Source: Rhynchobatus australiae (taxonomy: Eukaryota). Taken from it: a stretch of 64,000 nt of DNA. Under the pieces are notes generated by a model that searched no databases, had not been told where the DNA came from, and saw only the letters and a list, made by a program, of their open reading frames with translations. This document shows positions 25,701 through 40,700 of this stretch, piece after piece. Made by a program: the position numbers and the translations under genes. The stretch lies in NCBI GenBank assembly GCA_034780895.1, contig JAUZTB010000072.1, positions 13,627,458-13,691,457 on the forward strand, in the 5' to 3' direction. Numbering within the stretch: the stretch's first letter is position 1; each line of letters starts with the position of its first letter.

Positions 25701-28700
25701 ACAAAATATATATAAATGGGGCAATTAAACATCCAGTCCATATATCAACAGGAGAATTAAAACTAGATAATTAATTCAAAATCAGTTTTGACTGAAACTA
25801 GATACATTTATGAACAAATTCATTAATTAAATTCTACTAGAAACAAGCTGCCAGCAATATTCCAACATCATGACAGTTTCAGATTTCCTTTTTACAGAAG
25901 CAGTATTGTAAAGTCAATTTCTTCAGTTCACCCACTGATATAATGGATTTTTGAACAGATTGATACGAAACTAGTTAATCTTACGGCAGAAATAGGTTAA
26001 ATCTACAAGGATCAATTTTGATTCAGTTACATTTACAACCTGCCTATCAACAAGAGCTTGCATTTTCTACCAAAGATACAGAAAGGGTACCATACTGCAT
26101 TCTCACATGTTTCGCAGCATGTAAAATGGTATCTTCTGATGAGCTTTATTAAAATATTACATATTTTCAGTTTTAGGTGGAGTTATCTTTGAATGAACGA
26201 AAGTTATTAATGAGTAATTAATATGCAGGAAGAACCAGTGGCTGTCATTGGAAAAATCAATTAAACCCTTTATTGCAGCAAACACAAATTCTCAAGGAAT
26301 CTGTGAGGTATCTGTTCCAACTCAGCATAAAGTATTCATTTTAAAAATGCAAGTTGTTTTCAGAGTTGGTTTCAAATAAGAGAATTCCATAACCTAACAA
26401 AATCAGGCACAATATTTCCATCCTCTTATTTTTATAAACTGGAACATTCTTGATATTCATATACATTATCATTCAGGAATTCTAGGCAACAGAGTTAATG
26501 ATACAGTAGATAAAAAAATAAAACTGCAGATGCTGAAACACTGAAAAACCTCAGCAGGTCAGTTAATGGTACAGTTCAAGTGCAGCCAAATGATGGTATT
26601 TTGTACAAAATTTATTATTCCACAACTCAGTTGACAGCACTCTCATTTCTGAGTCATTCAAGAGATTTAAGCATTAGATTTAATCTAATCTGATGTTCTA
26701 GTACTTAAATACTACTTTGACAAACGTACCATCTTGTGGATGAGATGCTCTCTCTAGTCCATATGACAGATCCTATAGCACTATTTTGAGGAAGGGTATG
26801 AAAATTATCTCCAGTCCTCTAACCAATATGTATCCTTCTATCAACACTACCAAAATATATTTGATCATCATCCTTTTTTATACATAAGAGCTTGCTTTTC
26901 ACGAATTGATTGCTTTTACAAATCACTGCAATTCAGAAATACTTTTATTAAGAACTTGGGCATCCTGAGATCATGAAAGGTGCTTTACAAATGCAAGTTT
27001 TTTCTTTTTCTTCAGTAGTTTGTTTTAAATAGATTAAAAATAAATTGAATGAATGGTTGGAGAGTATAGGGATACAGGAACAGAACTTGAATATGCATCA
27101 TTCATATAGACTGTATGGATCTTGAATCATTGATATAGATGAGCTGAAACCAAACACTGATCCTTACGCCACCTTGCTAGTTACACTCTGCGTCCCCTAT
27201 TTTCCATATTTCGTCATTCTGAACTCTCAATTGCTCCTCCAGCTCCCAGTTTGGTGTGTCAGAATCAATTTAGAGGTAAAGCAATGATGTTATAGCAGGT
27301 TTAGACATCAAGGTCTTTATTTGCATTCGTTGGCCTCTTCCCAACTACAATTTAAACTGGAGGGACTGAAGCACAAACTCCAGAGATGGAAGAGGTTCAT
27401 TGTCTACAGACCTGAAAATACCACTAAGTGATGCATAATTAGTGCAGCTGAGGTATTACAAAAAGAGTGCTTAGGAACTCTACCGTGAAATTAAACACAG
27501 CCACTCAACACTGAAAAAGAATCTAAATATCGTTACAATGCTTTTCTTCTGCTCAAAAAATAAGACAGGTATCAAATTTCATTCTTTATTATTTGATACC
27601 TTTTTTTCAAAAGTCCAATGCCAACAATATGGCCAGCCAAAGATATTTGAAATGCTATAANNNNNNNNNNNNNNNNNNNNNNNNNNNNNNNNNNNNNNNN
27701 NNNNNNNNNNNNNNNNNNNNNNNNNNNNNNACTGTTGAGTCAAGCAGTGAAACCTTCCATACTGATCCAGGACAACCACAAGGATAATTCAAAAGCTGAT
27801 TTACTCCCTAAAATAAGGAAATTTGATGTGTTCCCCCAACTCTAAGATGTTAACAGAACACCTTTTAGCAAAATTGGCCTATATTATGAGTTGCGCTTAT
27901 TTTCTGCATGGCAGTATTTAGTCCGTGACATTCTGTAATGGTCACCAGAAAAATATTTGCTCTAATGTATATTTAATGGAAGAATTTTAGTATTTTCATA
28001 AAATTGCCAGTTTATGTTTGTGTGCATTAAGTTCCCTGATCCAGAAGATTAAGGTACATGGGATCAATGGTGACTTGGTAGACTGGATTCAAAAATGGCT
28101 TGGCCACAGAAGGCAAGAAGAGAGTAGTGGTGCAGGGGTGTTATTCTGACTGAAGGTCTGCAAGGTTTAGTGCTGGGACCTCTGTTGTTTACATAAATGG
28201 TTTGGACAAAAATGTCGGTTGGTTGATTATTAAGTCTGCAGACTACACAAAAATTGGTGGAGTTGTGGATAATGAGGAAGGTTGTCAAAGGATACTGCAG
28301 GATACAAGTCAATTGCAAATAAGGGTGGAGAAATGGAACATGGAGTTTTATCCAAACAAGTGAGGTGTTGCATTTTGGCAACTTAAATGTAAGAAGAAAG
28401 TATACAGTAAATGGTAGGACCCTTACAAGCACTGATGTACAGAGGGATGTTGGGGTGCAGTACCAGAGCTCCCTGAAAGTGGCAACACAAGTAGATAAGG
28501 TGGGAGAAAAAGCATATGGCATACTTGTCTTCACTGATCTGGAGATTGAGTATGAAAGTTGGCAAGTCATGTTGCAGCTGTACAAAACTTTAATTAGGCC
28601 ACATTTGGACTATCATATGCAGTTCTCTTAGCTGCATTGCAGTAAACATGTAGAGGCTTTGGCGAGAGTGCAGAAGAGGTTCAACATGATGTTGCCTGGA

Positions 28701-31700
28701 TTAGAGGGTATTAGCTGTAAGGAGAGGTTATACAAACTTGGATCGTTTTCTCTGGAGCGTCAATGGCTTAGGGGGTGACCCGATCAAAGTATATCAAATT
28801 ATGAGAGGCGTAGACAGGGTAAGGTAGTCAGGATACTTTGTCCTGGATGGAAATATCAAATATTAGAGGGCATAGAGGTGAGAGGGGAAGTTTAAAGAAG
28901 ACACACAGACTGTAGATGCTGGAATCTGGAAAGTTCAAAGGAGATAGAGGTAATTTTTTTTATATACAGAGTGGCAGGTGCCATAACAACATTTAAGAGG
29001 CATTCAGACAGGCACATGAACAGACAGGGAATGCAGGGATACATGCAGGCAGATGGAATTAGTTTAAATTGGCATCATGATCGGCACAGATATCGTGGGC
29101 CAAAGGACTTGTTCTTATGCTGTACTATGATCAATGTAACATAAAACTTTTACAATCTTACCATTACTGACTTTCTACTCCCAGGACTATCTGAAGCTAT
29201 AATGTAGTCAATACAGTGATCCAGCCCAGTGAAATAAATAACTTTCATTACATGACTTCTTAAATTAGAAAGGTATCCATACTTCACACAAGCTTAATGA
29301 AAAACTTAGATTAAATAGAACAATAAGAACATTGATTCACACCTCAAGCAAGAACTTATTTGATCTACACCTTTTTTTAAAAAGATTTTTTTTACAGTTT
29401 CATGTGCAGTTCTACAACAGGAGCTTTTCATAAAAAAAAAGCCCCTGCAATTAATTTTCAAGAAGAGTTCACATGCTTAATGGACTCAAAATTCCACAAA
29501 TCCAGAAAGTGTGTGCTGGCCAAGGTAACCCAGCAAACATCAACTAAAGATCAAACAGACCAATGAACAGCAAGAAGGTCATTCAGCTTTACAGAGAAGG
29601 GGATAGGTGTAGAAAATAATGGAAATATCTATGACAGGGTGGAAAGCAAGAAAAACTAAATATCAAAGTAGTGCCCTCGGCTGAGAGAGGGTGATGAAGG
29701 TTTGTTAATCATAGCTGATTTATATAGAGGAGTAGTAAATAGAGGGAGCTAAATGAGAACTGGGAGAGGGAGAAATAAAACCACGTTGGAACTGTGAGAT
29801 AGAGAACAATGCAGATACTAGAAATTGGAAACAAAACAGAATGCTGGAAATAGTAACAGGTTAGGCAGCATCTGCAGAGAGCGAAAACTGAGTTAATGTT
29901 ATGGGTTGTTGGCTTTTCTGCAGAACTGCCTGGTTCTGACACAAATGGTGCCAAAAGCTCCACTGCCCCACCATGCCATTATGTCATTCATTGTACATCA
30001 TGCAAGTTACTGCCCAAATTATATTTGAGTTGAAGTATGTAGGAAAAACTGTTAACAACCATGCACATCTAGCATGATCTGGAACACTATTCAATCTTCA
30101 ATCCATGATCTGATGCAACTTGCAGGATCCATTTTACCTGAATGATATTCCTGTTTGGTTTGTCAAAGGTATCTCTAGTACAAACATAAATAATAGTTCA
30201 GAGATCAAAGTAAAGCAGAATTATGCCATGCATCAAGTCCTGCTCCAGGAATTTGTCAAATACACACACATCAAATGTTAGTAAGTACCTAAAAATGTGA
30301 CACCAAGAACACTGGAAGTGCAAGCTGTTGAAAAGATGCATTAAAGGAAAAGTCAGATAAATACACAAGCAAAAATGGAAAAAGATATGGAGCAACTGGG
30401 CCAATTGCCTTTTCCTGGAATTTTATGCATCTGATATCCTCCTCAGTAAACGATACTTATTTCTGGCACTGTTTATTTGAGAAAATTCTCTGCATTTATA
30501 ATATCTATTTTCAACAGAAAAAAAACTGTGAAATATACAAGGTAAATAAACCTCCTCTATGTCAAGAACAGTTTTATACATCCAAATGTAGATGTTCCTG
30601 AATAGAAGTTTAAATATAACATTGCTCAACCATCACCAAAAGCTGACATTGGAGCTAGATGGCACACAGAGGTACGAGACCAGTGCAAATTATACTTACC
30701 TAGGATACTATGTTCCAGTACTAAAATAAAAATGATTTATAATTATAACAGCAACAAAATGTCTCATGGCAATTTACAGGAGCATTATCAATTAAAAACT
30801 GGGTCTGAGCCACAAAAGATATTACAGCAGAGTCCAAGAGATTTTAAGAAGGTAAAAAGGGTGAAGAGAGATGATTAGGGACAGAAATCCAGACATTAGG
30901 AGAGACATAATCAACCTTCCAGCTCTGTTATCAGTAACAGAATGATTAATATCAGAGAAATGCTAGATGCTAATAAAGAAGGAATGCTGAAATCTCAAAC
31001 AGTTGTACAGTTGAAGAAGACTGGAAGGACTGAGGCCACAGAGAAACATAAAAACAAGGACAAGAATTATAAAGTTGAGGCATTATCAAACTGGAGCCAG
31101 GATTAGTCAACAACAACAGAAAGGTGATAGGCAAATGGCATGTGATGCAAGTTAAAGCAGAGGCAGCAAAGAAATTTTGGGTGAGTCTATTTATATAGTG
31201 TAGATGGTGGGAAGATGGTCATGGAGTGAAATGGAATACAGTAAACTTTTGTTTATCTGGTACTTATGCTTCTGCTGTCCTCATGAAACAGGCAAAATCA
31301 TAGTTTGATTCTAGCTTGGTGGAAGTGGGCAGTCTTGGTAATGTTATATATGTGTGGCCATATGTTCATCTTGAGATAAAATACCATACCAATGTTATAT
31401 ATAGACCAGATCAGCTTCAGAGAGTTGCCACAGGGAGCAATGAAATTGGTGGTCAGAGACTGGGAGCTTTGACAAGATAGTAACAACTAATACCCTATCT
31501 TCCTCACTTCAATGGGAGCTTCACAAGCCCCTCTCTCACTGCTCCACCTGTGATCTCCTCTGCCCTCCGGCTCTTTGATCATGTGCTCACCTTTTCTCCA
31601 CAGATGCTACCTGGCCTGCTGAGTTCCTCCAGCATCAAAGTGTTTTTCTTCTATATTCCAGCATCCGCAGTCCTTTATTTCTCTAATACCCCATCTAATT

Positions 31701-34700
31701 TTTTTTCTTAAAATAAAAGTGGAACTTATTTATAAATGTTGAATATCACTAGTTAGTTCCCAAAGTTGCTTCAAAAATATTCCCCCCCCCACCCCCCGCA
31801 ATTTTCAACCTTAATGTTTTTATTCCACAAGAGTTGAGTCTTGTTGAGGCACAATTACAAAGCTGGTAAGCTGCTTACATGGCAATCAAAGTAAACTTAG
31901 CAAAGTTTATCCATTCCATGTCACGGTGCTATGTGTAGCTTATACAGCTACTTAAAACATAATAATTGTCTAATACAGGAAAAAATGTAATTATTGCATT
32001 GTTTCTTAACACAAATTAAGTATACACATTGAATGGTTAATATTCTGAACATGATGATTGCTTTATACCTTCCAAAATGTATAGAAAAGCAAATATATTG
32101 ACTTCTGCTTTATGTGTAATTAAATACTTTAATTATTGCTGTATGAAATGTAAATTTGGAAACCTCTAATCTCAAAGCGTACAGGCTACTTAATGATCTG
32201 AAACAAAACAAAGTGGATTTTTAATAACTGGGTTGTTTGAGGGAAGGTGGTGGGAGGTGAGAGTTGGAGAAATCTCCAACACAGCTTTGCTGTATTATAT
32301 GGTGTTGGCCAAATATTTAACCAGGTGATTCAAGGGGTCTAACTTGCATTACAGCTGAAGTGAATTCTTTGAATTCCTTACTAAGTAACTAGAGAATTTA
32401 GTATTTAATCTCGTAACAGAGCAGACACACCACGGAGGGTCTTTTAAACAAGGACAAGTATTTTAAAATTGAGGCATAGTCAGAGCAGGAATCAATGCAG
32501 GTCACCAGGTACAAGCCTAATGGATACACAGCCTTAAGAACAAAATTTAAGCATAGAAAGACAAAGCTAACCTAACAAACATCTGTCAAAGATCAAACTG
32601 ACCAGTGGATAGTAAAAAAAATGACTGTTTTGTAGAGCCTAATCCTATGCAATAAAAAAATTACTTAATACATTTCACAACATCAACAGCAAGGGGACAG
32701 TTTAGAAGTAACCACGGCATGGATAGGGTTTAAGAAGCAGATGAACCAAGGCTAGGGCAGAATCTCCACACTATGTCAAGCACAAATAGAAAATGTGAAA
32801 TTAGTTCAGATTTTGATGATTTCCTTGAATTGGAATGGCGACCAGAAAGTTGAATTTATGCAGAGAACCCAAGACTCTTATGCAAGCTGTTAGAACTTTT
32901 TGCTTATCCAATACCAGGTCAGGAAAACCATGAGACAGTCAGATTGGAGTGTGAGAGATGCTGCTATATCTTACATGTACATGTAAAAACCTTGTGTTTG
33001 TCTGAGCCATCACTGGTAGATGAGAAACAGAAGGAGACCAATGATAGACTATGGGGTCAGCTGAGGGGGGAAGAGATCATCTGGCTATAATACTGTAAAT
33101 AAAAAGGGAACTAAGGAGAGAGAACACAGGAGTGGTGTTGGATGGAGTGGTCAACTGCGTCAAAGGCAGGAAATGACTCAAAAAGCACAAGGAGAAATGT
33201 TTGCCCAAATATCATTTGTGACTTTGGTATCTCTTTCAATACCGTGACAAATTCAAAGGATTCAAACAGAATTGGAGGAAAGATGGTATGGATCTGGGGA
33301 GCAACAATACATGCAAGGGCTTTCATTTGGAACATATACTACAGCATGCAAGCACAGCAAATCATCTATTCAAATTCATATTCTTCATTTCAAACTGCTA
33401 TCCCTAGATCCTCTCTTCATAATCTGTATGCAAAGACCTTGTACACATGTAAGTATCCAAAATCTTATCCTCCACCTTCACATGTGTGTCTACCTTCCAG
33501 TTCTTCCTACATTGAGTATTCAAATATTCACGTCTTGAATTAAAGGAGAAAATAAGTGCCTAATTTTTGTGCAAATTTGCCCACCATCAGCAATTAAATA
33601 AATGAACCTACCAGTAGGCACCTACCATTGTTCTTTTTTTTCCCCAAAAGTGCCATTTAATGTCCCAGCTGAAAGACAGCAAGATTGTACTTTCTACACA
33701 TATTCAATGAATATTTTTTCTTTTTAACGTGTAAAATAGAAACTTAAATCATACTGTGGTAGAAAGGAAGTGTGTGTGTGAAACATCTCTTTACTGTAAC
33801 TAGTTAGAACATCAAGAACATGTAGTATTCAGGTGAATCAAGGTTTGAGGGTGGAATGTAATTGGAACAGCACATCCAGACGTAATAAAATCCTTATCTA
33901 AATTCACATATTCTGACTCATGTTTACATTTTTTTTAAACTTTATGTTGGGTCAGATCATCTGCTGAGATCCACCCAGACCCTCCACAGATGTGCTTTAT
34001 CTGCAGCACAGACTGTAGCACAGCCTCTCTCTCAATGGACTACAAGCCCAAAAGACTTGTGCTGCACCAACAGACTGACGCAATATCAACTTTTGCAGAT
34101 TTTCCAGCTCTTAGGCTGAGAAATCTGTCCACTGAACCTATGCCAGGTTAGCCTTGGCACAAGTACAGTGTGTCCATTGAAATGAATGGGAGAAATTAGC
34201 TTCAGAAAGAAAGGTAAATTGAACTTTTTATTGATTTAATTTACATTAAATGTTTTTAATTGTTTTAAGTGCATGTCTGTGTTTTATTAAAGTCTTCCTA
34301 TTTTAAACTTTTATATAATTCTAATATTTTTAATTATGTTTACTTGGCAATCAGAATCATTAGATCAACAAAGCGACCGCTTGCAATGGGAGAGTCTTTG
34401 CATTGAACCAAGATCCTACAGCAGTGAGCTATGCTCCAAATCACAAGGGAAGAAACAGCTTGATCCAGGGGAAAGGCACCATAGATTGTGAAGCTGTGCA
34501 AGATCAACCCCATTACTCTTTGTGCTAAAAAACAGAATAGGCTGTGAAAATTTATCAGGCCAGGTAGAATCTATGGAGAAAGGGAGTTAACACATGAGAT
34601 CGATATTGTTTCTATTATGTGCTGTACGAATGGAAATTCAGATCAAAGGTCACTGACTTGAAATATTAACTCTATTTCTCTTTACAGTTGCTGACTGGCC

Positions 34701-37700
34701 TACTGGTCACTCCAGCATTATTTTGCTTTAGTATCCAGTGTTTTGCTTATGTACACTGTACAGCATTGACATTGACTGGAAATTAGCAACTTATTTGATT
34801 TACAAATTAAGTTATTGAAAGTGCATTGTTCTGCACCTTAAGCTACAGCTTGTTCAGGCAGTTTTCATAATTTATATCGTCGGAAAATTAAACCATCTTT
34901 AAACTGCAAGATTTTCAATATCTTGGCAGCCGAATTATATGATGCTATACATACAGAGTTAATGATTGTGCCATTTTCTTTATCCATCCCTGATGCCTTC
35001 ATGTTGCTGTTTCCATCCATCTGTCTTTTTTGCCTCCCAATAACTTTTTTTTATTCTTTATCTTTTAAACTAGCACTGAGTCACCAAATATAGCAGGTTG
35101 TGTTGGTGGTTTGTGGGTAAAAGGCTCTTCTCCAAGTGCCACCCCAAATAATTGTGCTTGNNNNNNTGCCATAATTTCACTATGCCTTCTATCCTATTGT
35201 TCACTGCCCATTTGTATCATGTCCCTCAGAAATAACCTGCTCAATCTCACTACCCAACTCTTCTCTCTGTATTGCTCACTCACATCAAACTACCGCATAC
35301 CTGATGTTCTCAGCAATCTGTGGCACAGCCAAGAAATCCCTCACTATTCACTTTTATTCTTCTTAGTTTATTCTACATTCAAAATACATATTATTTCAAA
35401 AAAACTGTCAGAGGAGAATGAAAAGATAATTTACCCCTCTCCTTTTGTATCTTTCTCTCTATCTCTCCCATCCTGCCCCCCCGATTGAATTTAAAATCTC
35501 TGTCATGGGTGTAAACCAATGTATGGTCTTTACTAAGTCAACAAAATACAGGCAAAGCAATTAGTTGATTGAAGTAAAATTATATAAAGCAAAATACACA
35601 CATTCTGTTCTTCATTCCCCTTTATTTTTCACCTTTTTCCAACTCTGACCAATTACTTTCATCTTTTAACAATGCTCTTTTCAAAATGAATGCTTTGGAA
35701 TTTTACATCAGTAGTGCTTCTGGAATTTATCCATTAGCTATTCTTCAAATAATTTTAGAGAATTTATGCAAAAAAATGGTAGAAACTAAAACAAAATCCA
35801 TCTGTACAGCTGACACAGTATCAATGTGCCCTGGGAATCCTCCAGACACACTGCACATCCAAGATGATGCAATTCTAATTCAGCTCACAGCACCATGGCT
35901 CAGGGGCAAGTTATCAGCTCCAAATCTGAGAGACTGTCCTTTAAGTAATATCTTTATTCAAAGTATAAATTTAATATTATGATAAAAGTTTTAATATATT
36001 AGCTACTTTCTTATTAGATATCAAAAATTTCATTTTCTGGTGGGACAATAATAATAGCTNNNNNNNNNNTAGAAAAGAATCATTGGGGGATCTTAACAGC
36101 CAGACTCTTGGTGATGTTGCCAAAATGATAAGGTTTATACAGACTCTTTCCATAATATGTATGGACATGGAAATTCATTTGAAAATATTATAAAAACTGT
36201 AAATACAGGAATTCAAGTGACACATACAAATAGTGCCACCAGTTACAAGCATATAAACCTATATATAGATGTTAAATAAATTTGACAAAAATGGCACGCT
36301 TTATTAGACACTTTAGTTTGCTTTAATGTGAAGTGATTTCATGCAGTCATTAAGCCTTTTTCTTTTTTCAATGAAAGGCAGAAAGAGAAAAATAATAAAT
36401 AGGGGATTAATATAAGACCATAAAACATAGGAGCAGAATTAGGCCATTCGGCCCATTGAGGTGCTCCACCATCATGGCTGATTTATTTTTCCCTCTCAAC
36501 CCCATTCTTCTGCCTTCTCCCCATAACCTTTGATGCCCTTACTGATGAAGAACCTATCAACCTCTGCTTTACATATACCCAATGACTTGGACTCCACAGC
36601 TGTCCGTGGCAATGAATTCCACAGATTCACCACCCTCTAGCTAAAGAAATTCCTCCTCATTTCTGCTCTGAAGGGACATCCTTCTATTCTGAGGCTGTGC
36701 CCTCTGGTCCTAGACACTCCCACTACTGGATACATCCTCTCCACATCCACTCTACCCAGGTTTTTCAATATTCTGGGCAAGTACAGGCCCAGAGCCAAAT
36801 GAGTCTCGTGCATTAATCCTTTCATCCTTGGGATCATTCTCATAAACCTCCTCTGGACCGTCTCCAATGCCAGCACATCCTTCTTTAGATTTGGGTCCAA
36901 ACCTGCTCACAATACACCAAATGTGGTCTGACCAACGCCTTATAAAACCTCAGCATTACATCTTTGCTTTTGTATTCTAGTCCTCTTGAAATGAATGCTG
37001 ACACTGCATTTGCCTTCCGTACTAACGACCCAACCTGCAAGTTAACCTTTAGGGAATCTGCACGAGTCCCTTTGCATCTTGATATAAATATATATGATTT
37101 TGCAGCAACCATTTTTCTGGGGTGATATTTTGTTCCTATACTAGTGAACATAGCTTTGAAAGAAAACATCAAATTTTCACTTTATCACAATTTAGATTGC
37201 TCTTCCCTTTTATTGGGGGGAGAAAGGTCAAACCTGAGACTCCAAAAGTTCATTGTTAAGTTGGAGTTCTGGAATTGGAGGGTGGGGGAAAAGTGAATTT
37301 GCTTGTTACATGAGAAAATTCAAAAAAACTAGAAAAACCAAAACAGACAAAGAAAAGGGAAAAGAAAGTGAAAGGTAAATTTTGCAACTTAGGAAAATAA
37401 AAGTGAAAATGAATGAATCAACCTCATTAGACTAATGAGTTCATTCACCAACTTTGATCAATGAACTTTAGAATTGTGCTTCCAACCAAGTGGAATCTAG
37501 GTTAATTTGGTGTTAGGGAACATTTGGTAGGTTAGCACAGCTCCTCTGCAAGTTATAACTATAAACATAAATAATTTCTGCAATGTATATTTCACAGGGC
37601 CAAGATAATTCCAATGGTTGGAGCGAGCAAGAATAGATAGGATCTCTGACAGTATTGTGATGTTTACTGCAGATACAAGCAGTTCATCTGTCATGGCAAG

Positions 37701-40700
37701 TCAATTTTATTTGTAAAAGCACAATAGTGGGTCAAAAATAACATACATGAAGTACTCCTAAAGACCAAATTCCTTCAGAAATGTGTGACCTAAAGAACAG
37801 AAGCTGGATGAACAGGAGACCCAGAAAGTCACTAATAGTCATTCTTCTACACTGTCAAGACTATATATTGCCCAAGCACCCAAGAACCCACCTTGACAGT
37901 CAAAAATGTTGGCGAGCACAAGAAAGATAGAAGGTTTCTGTTGGAAGGAGTACTTTGAGGAACTCCTCAACTGCAACCCTTTCCTTGACTCAACTATCCT
38001 CTACACAAGTGACCTGAACTCCAAATCACCACAAATTATGCAATCCAGGCCCATTGCCACACCAGGCCAAATTCAATACAAGGCCATAAATCAATGAAAA
38101 AAAGTTCTGAAACCTGGTGAAGAGGAACTTCAGGGATAAAAAGAGATTTTCATTGTCAGAGGACTTCACAGCTGCCGATATTGTGACCATCTGCGAGATG
38201 AGAGGAAATCTGATTCTGGTAACTACATCTCCCTATCATCTACAGTAGGAAAATCATCACATGGCTCCTCCTTCCAGTGACTGTAGGGTTGCCTCCTGAA
38301 TTGTAGTGTGGATTCTGTCTATTGAGAGGCATGATAGACATGATCTTTGTTGCGAGGCAACTGCAAGAAAAATGCAGAGTAGTGTAAAACAATGTACATG
38401 GTCTTTTTTGACCTCTCAAAATCCTTCAACTCCATGAACTGAGGGACCACAATATATTCTCCTCAGATTTGACTCCCTGCAGAAATTTGTCAGCTACACA
38501 ATGGCAAACCACTGTCTGAAACAATGTGCTCATGACAGCCCCAAACTTAGTACAGACTGATGTCAAGCAGAGCCATATCACTACCCCAACACTTTTCACA
38601 ATCTTCCTCACTGCATTACTGAACCTTACATGCAACAAGCTTCCTGTTGGAGAGGATCTAATCCATAGGAGAAATGGAAACAGTTTTACCTACATCGCCT
38701 TGACTTCAGGTCACTCCAACCTCAGTCAGAGCAGGACTATACATACACACACTCACAAAGGTGCAATTGTAGACCAAGCTCCAAATCATTGTTGATTTCT
38801 TCACTGAAGCACATAACAAACCCTAAATTAAGGTGGAATAAGTACACCATCTTCCAAACAATCCACAAAACAAAGATTCTCTTCCAACCCCCATCAATTG
38901 CCCCCGACTATAAAGCTCCATGACAAGACCCTGCAAAACATGAACCATTTCCCAAATCTTGCAAACCATCTGTCAAAGGCAAGCAATGATGAAGTTTACC
39001 ATTGCCTTCAATATGCCATTGCAGCCTTTGGCTATTAAGAAAAAGTGTGATTGAAGTTCAGTATCTTAAATCATGGCACAAAGCTCCCCACCCTCCTGTA
39101 TAGTTCTGAGACACAATCTAGGTACAGCAAGCACCTCAAAGCACTGGAGAGGTACTCCATGCTGTCTTGCAAAATTTTCCTTATCAACTGCAGGTTAAGT
39201 GAATCATGCCAACATCCGCAGTTTCATGACACTAATTACAATCAGTTGACTCCGAAGGGTAGGCCACATCATTTGCATGCCTGATGCCAGGCTCCTCCTG
39301 AAACTAGCAGCCTTTTCCAAACTCCACCTTGGCAAGATTACCAAATGGACAGAGAAAATAATTCAATAATGTTCTCAATTTCCTTGAGAAAATGTAACAA
39401 CCCCCAACAACTAGAAAGGCTCCCTGGACCTAAACATCCCAGATAGAGAAGGAGCATTTTGGGTAGCAGCAAGATTCCTGAATTCCTAATTGGGAGATGG
39501 CAAATATCCGGCAAAAATGATTGATGCAGAGCACCACCTCCCATTTTAAGAACCTCGTCTGTTCAACTTGTGGCAGAGACTGCAGATCCAATATTGTTTG
39601 CATAGCTACCTCAGAACCCACAAAACTGAAGTGGAAGCTGGGTGACTTACTAGAAGAATGCACAAGACAACAAAAAGCTATTCATTATAATAGCACAACA
39701 GTAATAACACTCACTATTTTCCCCAAAAAGTTATCTGTGAGGGGGCCAATAAGGGAAATTGAGTAATAAAAATAAAATCTAATTTGTGGAATAAAACAGG
39801 AATGTATTCATGGAAATGCACGCATATATTTTGCATCATTTGATTTTTCACTAAAAGCTGTATAAATTATTGTGCATAACACATCAATTTTTACTTAACA
39901 ATACTAAAGAAAATTCAAAAGAAATTCACAGATTCAGAATAACCTGCAAAGTTTTCCTAAATTATAACATGCACAGCTGTTAGAAATCTCTCAAAGACAG
40001 TTAATCTCTAAAGTCATTCCCAGAGAGCACAGCCACTCTCCTCCGCGTCTGCTCCACTTCACTGGGGCGGCAGCAACATCTGCAAGTTAACTGACAGGCT
40101 CTTCACAGTCAATGCTGAGAATGTAAACCCTCTTCCCCCAGGCTAACCGCAGACTCCTGCCAGTCACATGTGTCCTCCCCTCTATCCTTTCCCCCGCACC
40201 ACAAGGACTCTAAAGGAGGAAATGAAGCTCATATTACCAATGTGACATGGCCAGCAGCCAAGCCAAACTGGATATTTCCAGTTCAAACTAGCTGAGAAGC
40301 CAAATAAGCAGTTTTGCTATATTCAGATACAAGCTTTTCAACTCATGCCACATGGAATATTTTGCCAAAATAAGCCATCTTTAGATGTTATTCAGTTATA
40401 CAACATTATAAATCTGTTCTTCAATTAGTAGTATTCCACTTTCACTCATAGACACTTCAAAATAAAATAAAATCAACACTCTCAAGTTGACTTTGCCAGA
40501 GCACAGCTCTTCATACTGAGATAAAGACTAATTGCTTCACAAAAATCAATTGCTTCCCTTTGTCTGTAGGTCACTAAGTCAACCCTCAATGACAAACGTT
40601 TGATAAATCTTTTCGTTTTTTAAAAAAAGACTATTGGTTCAATCACAGCATATCAATGCATGTATAGAAGAAATAAAACTATGCTCAAGCTATTTTGTTC

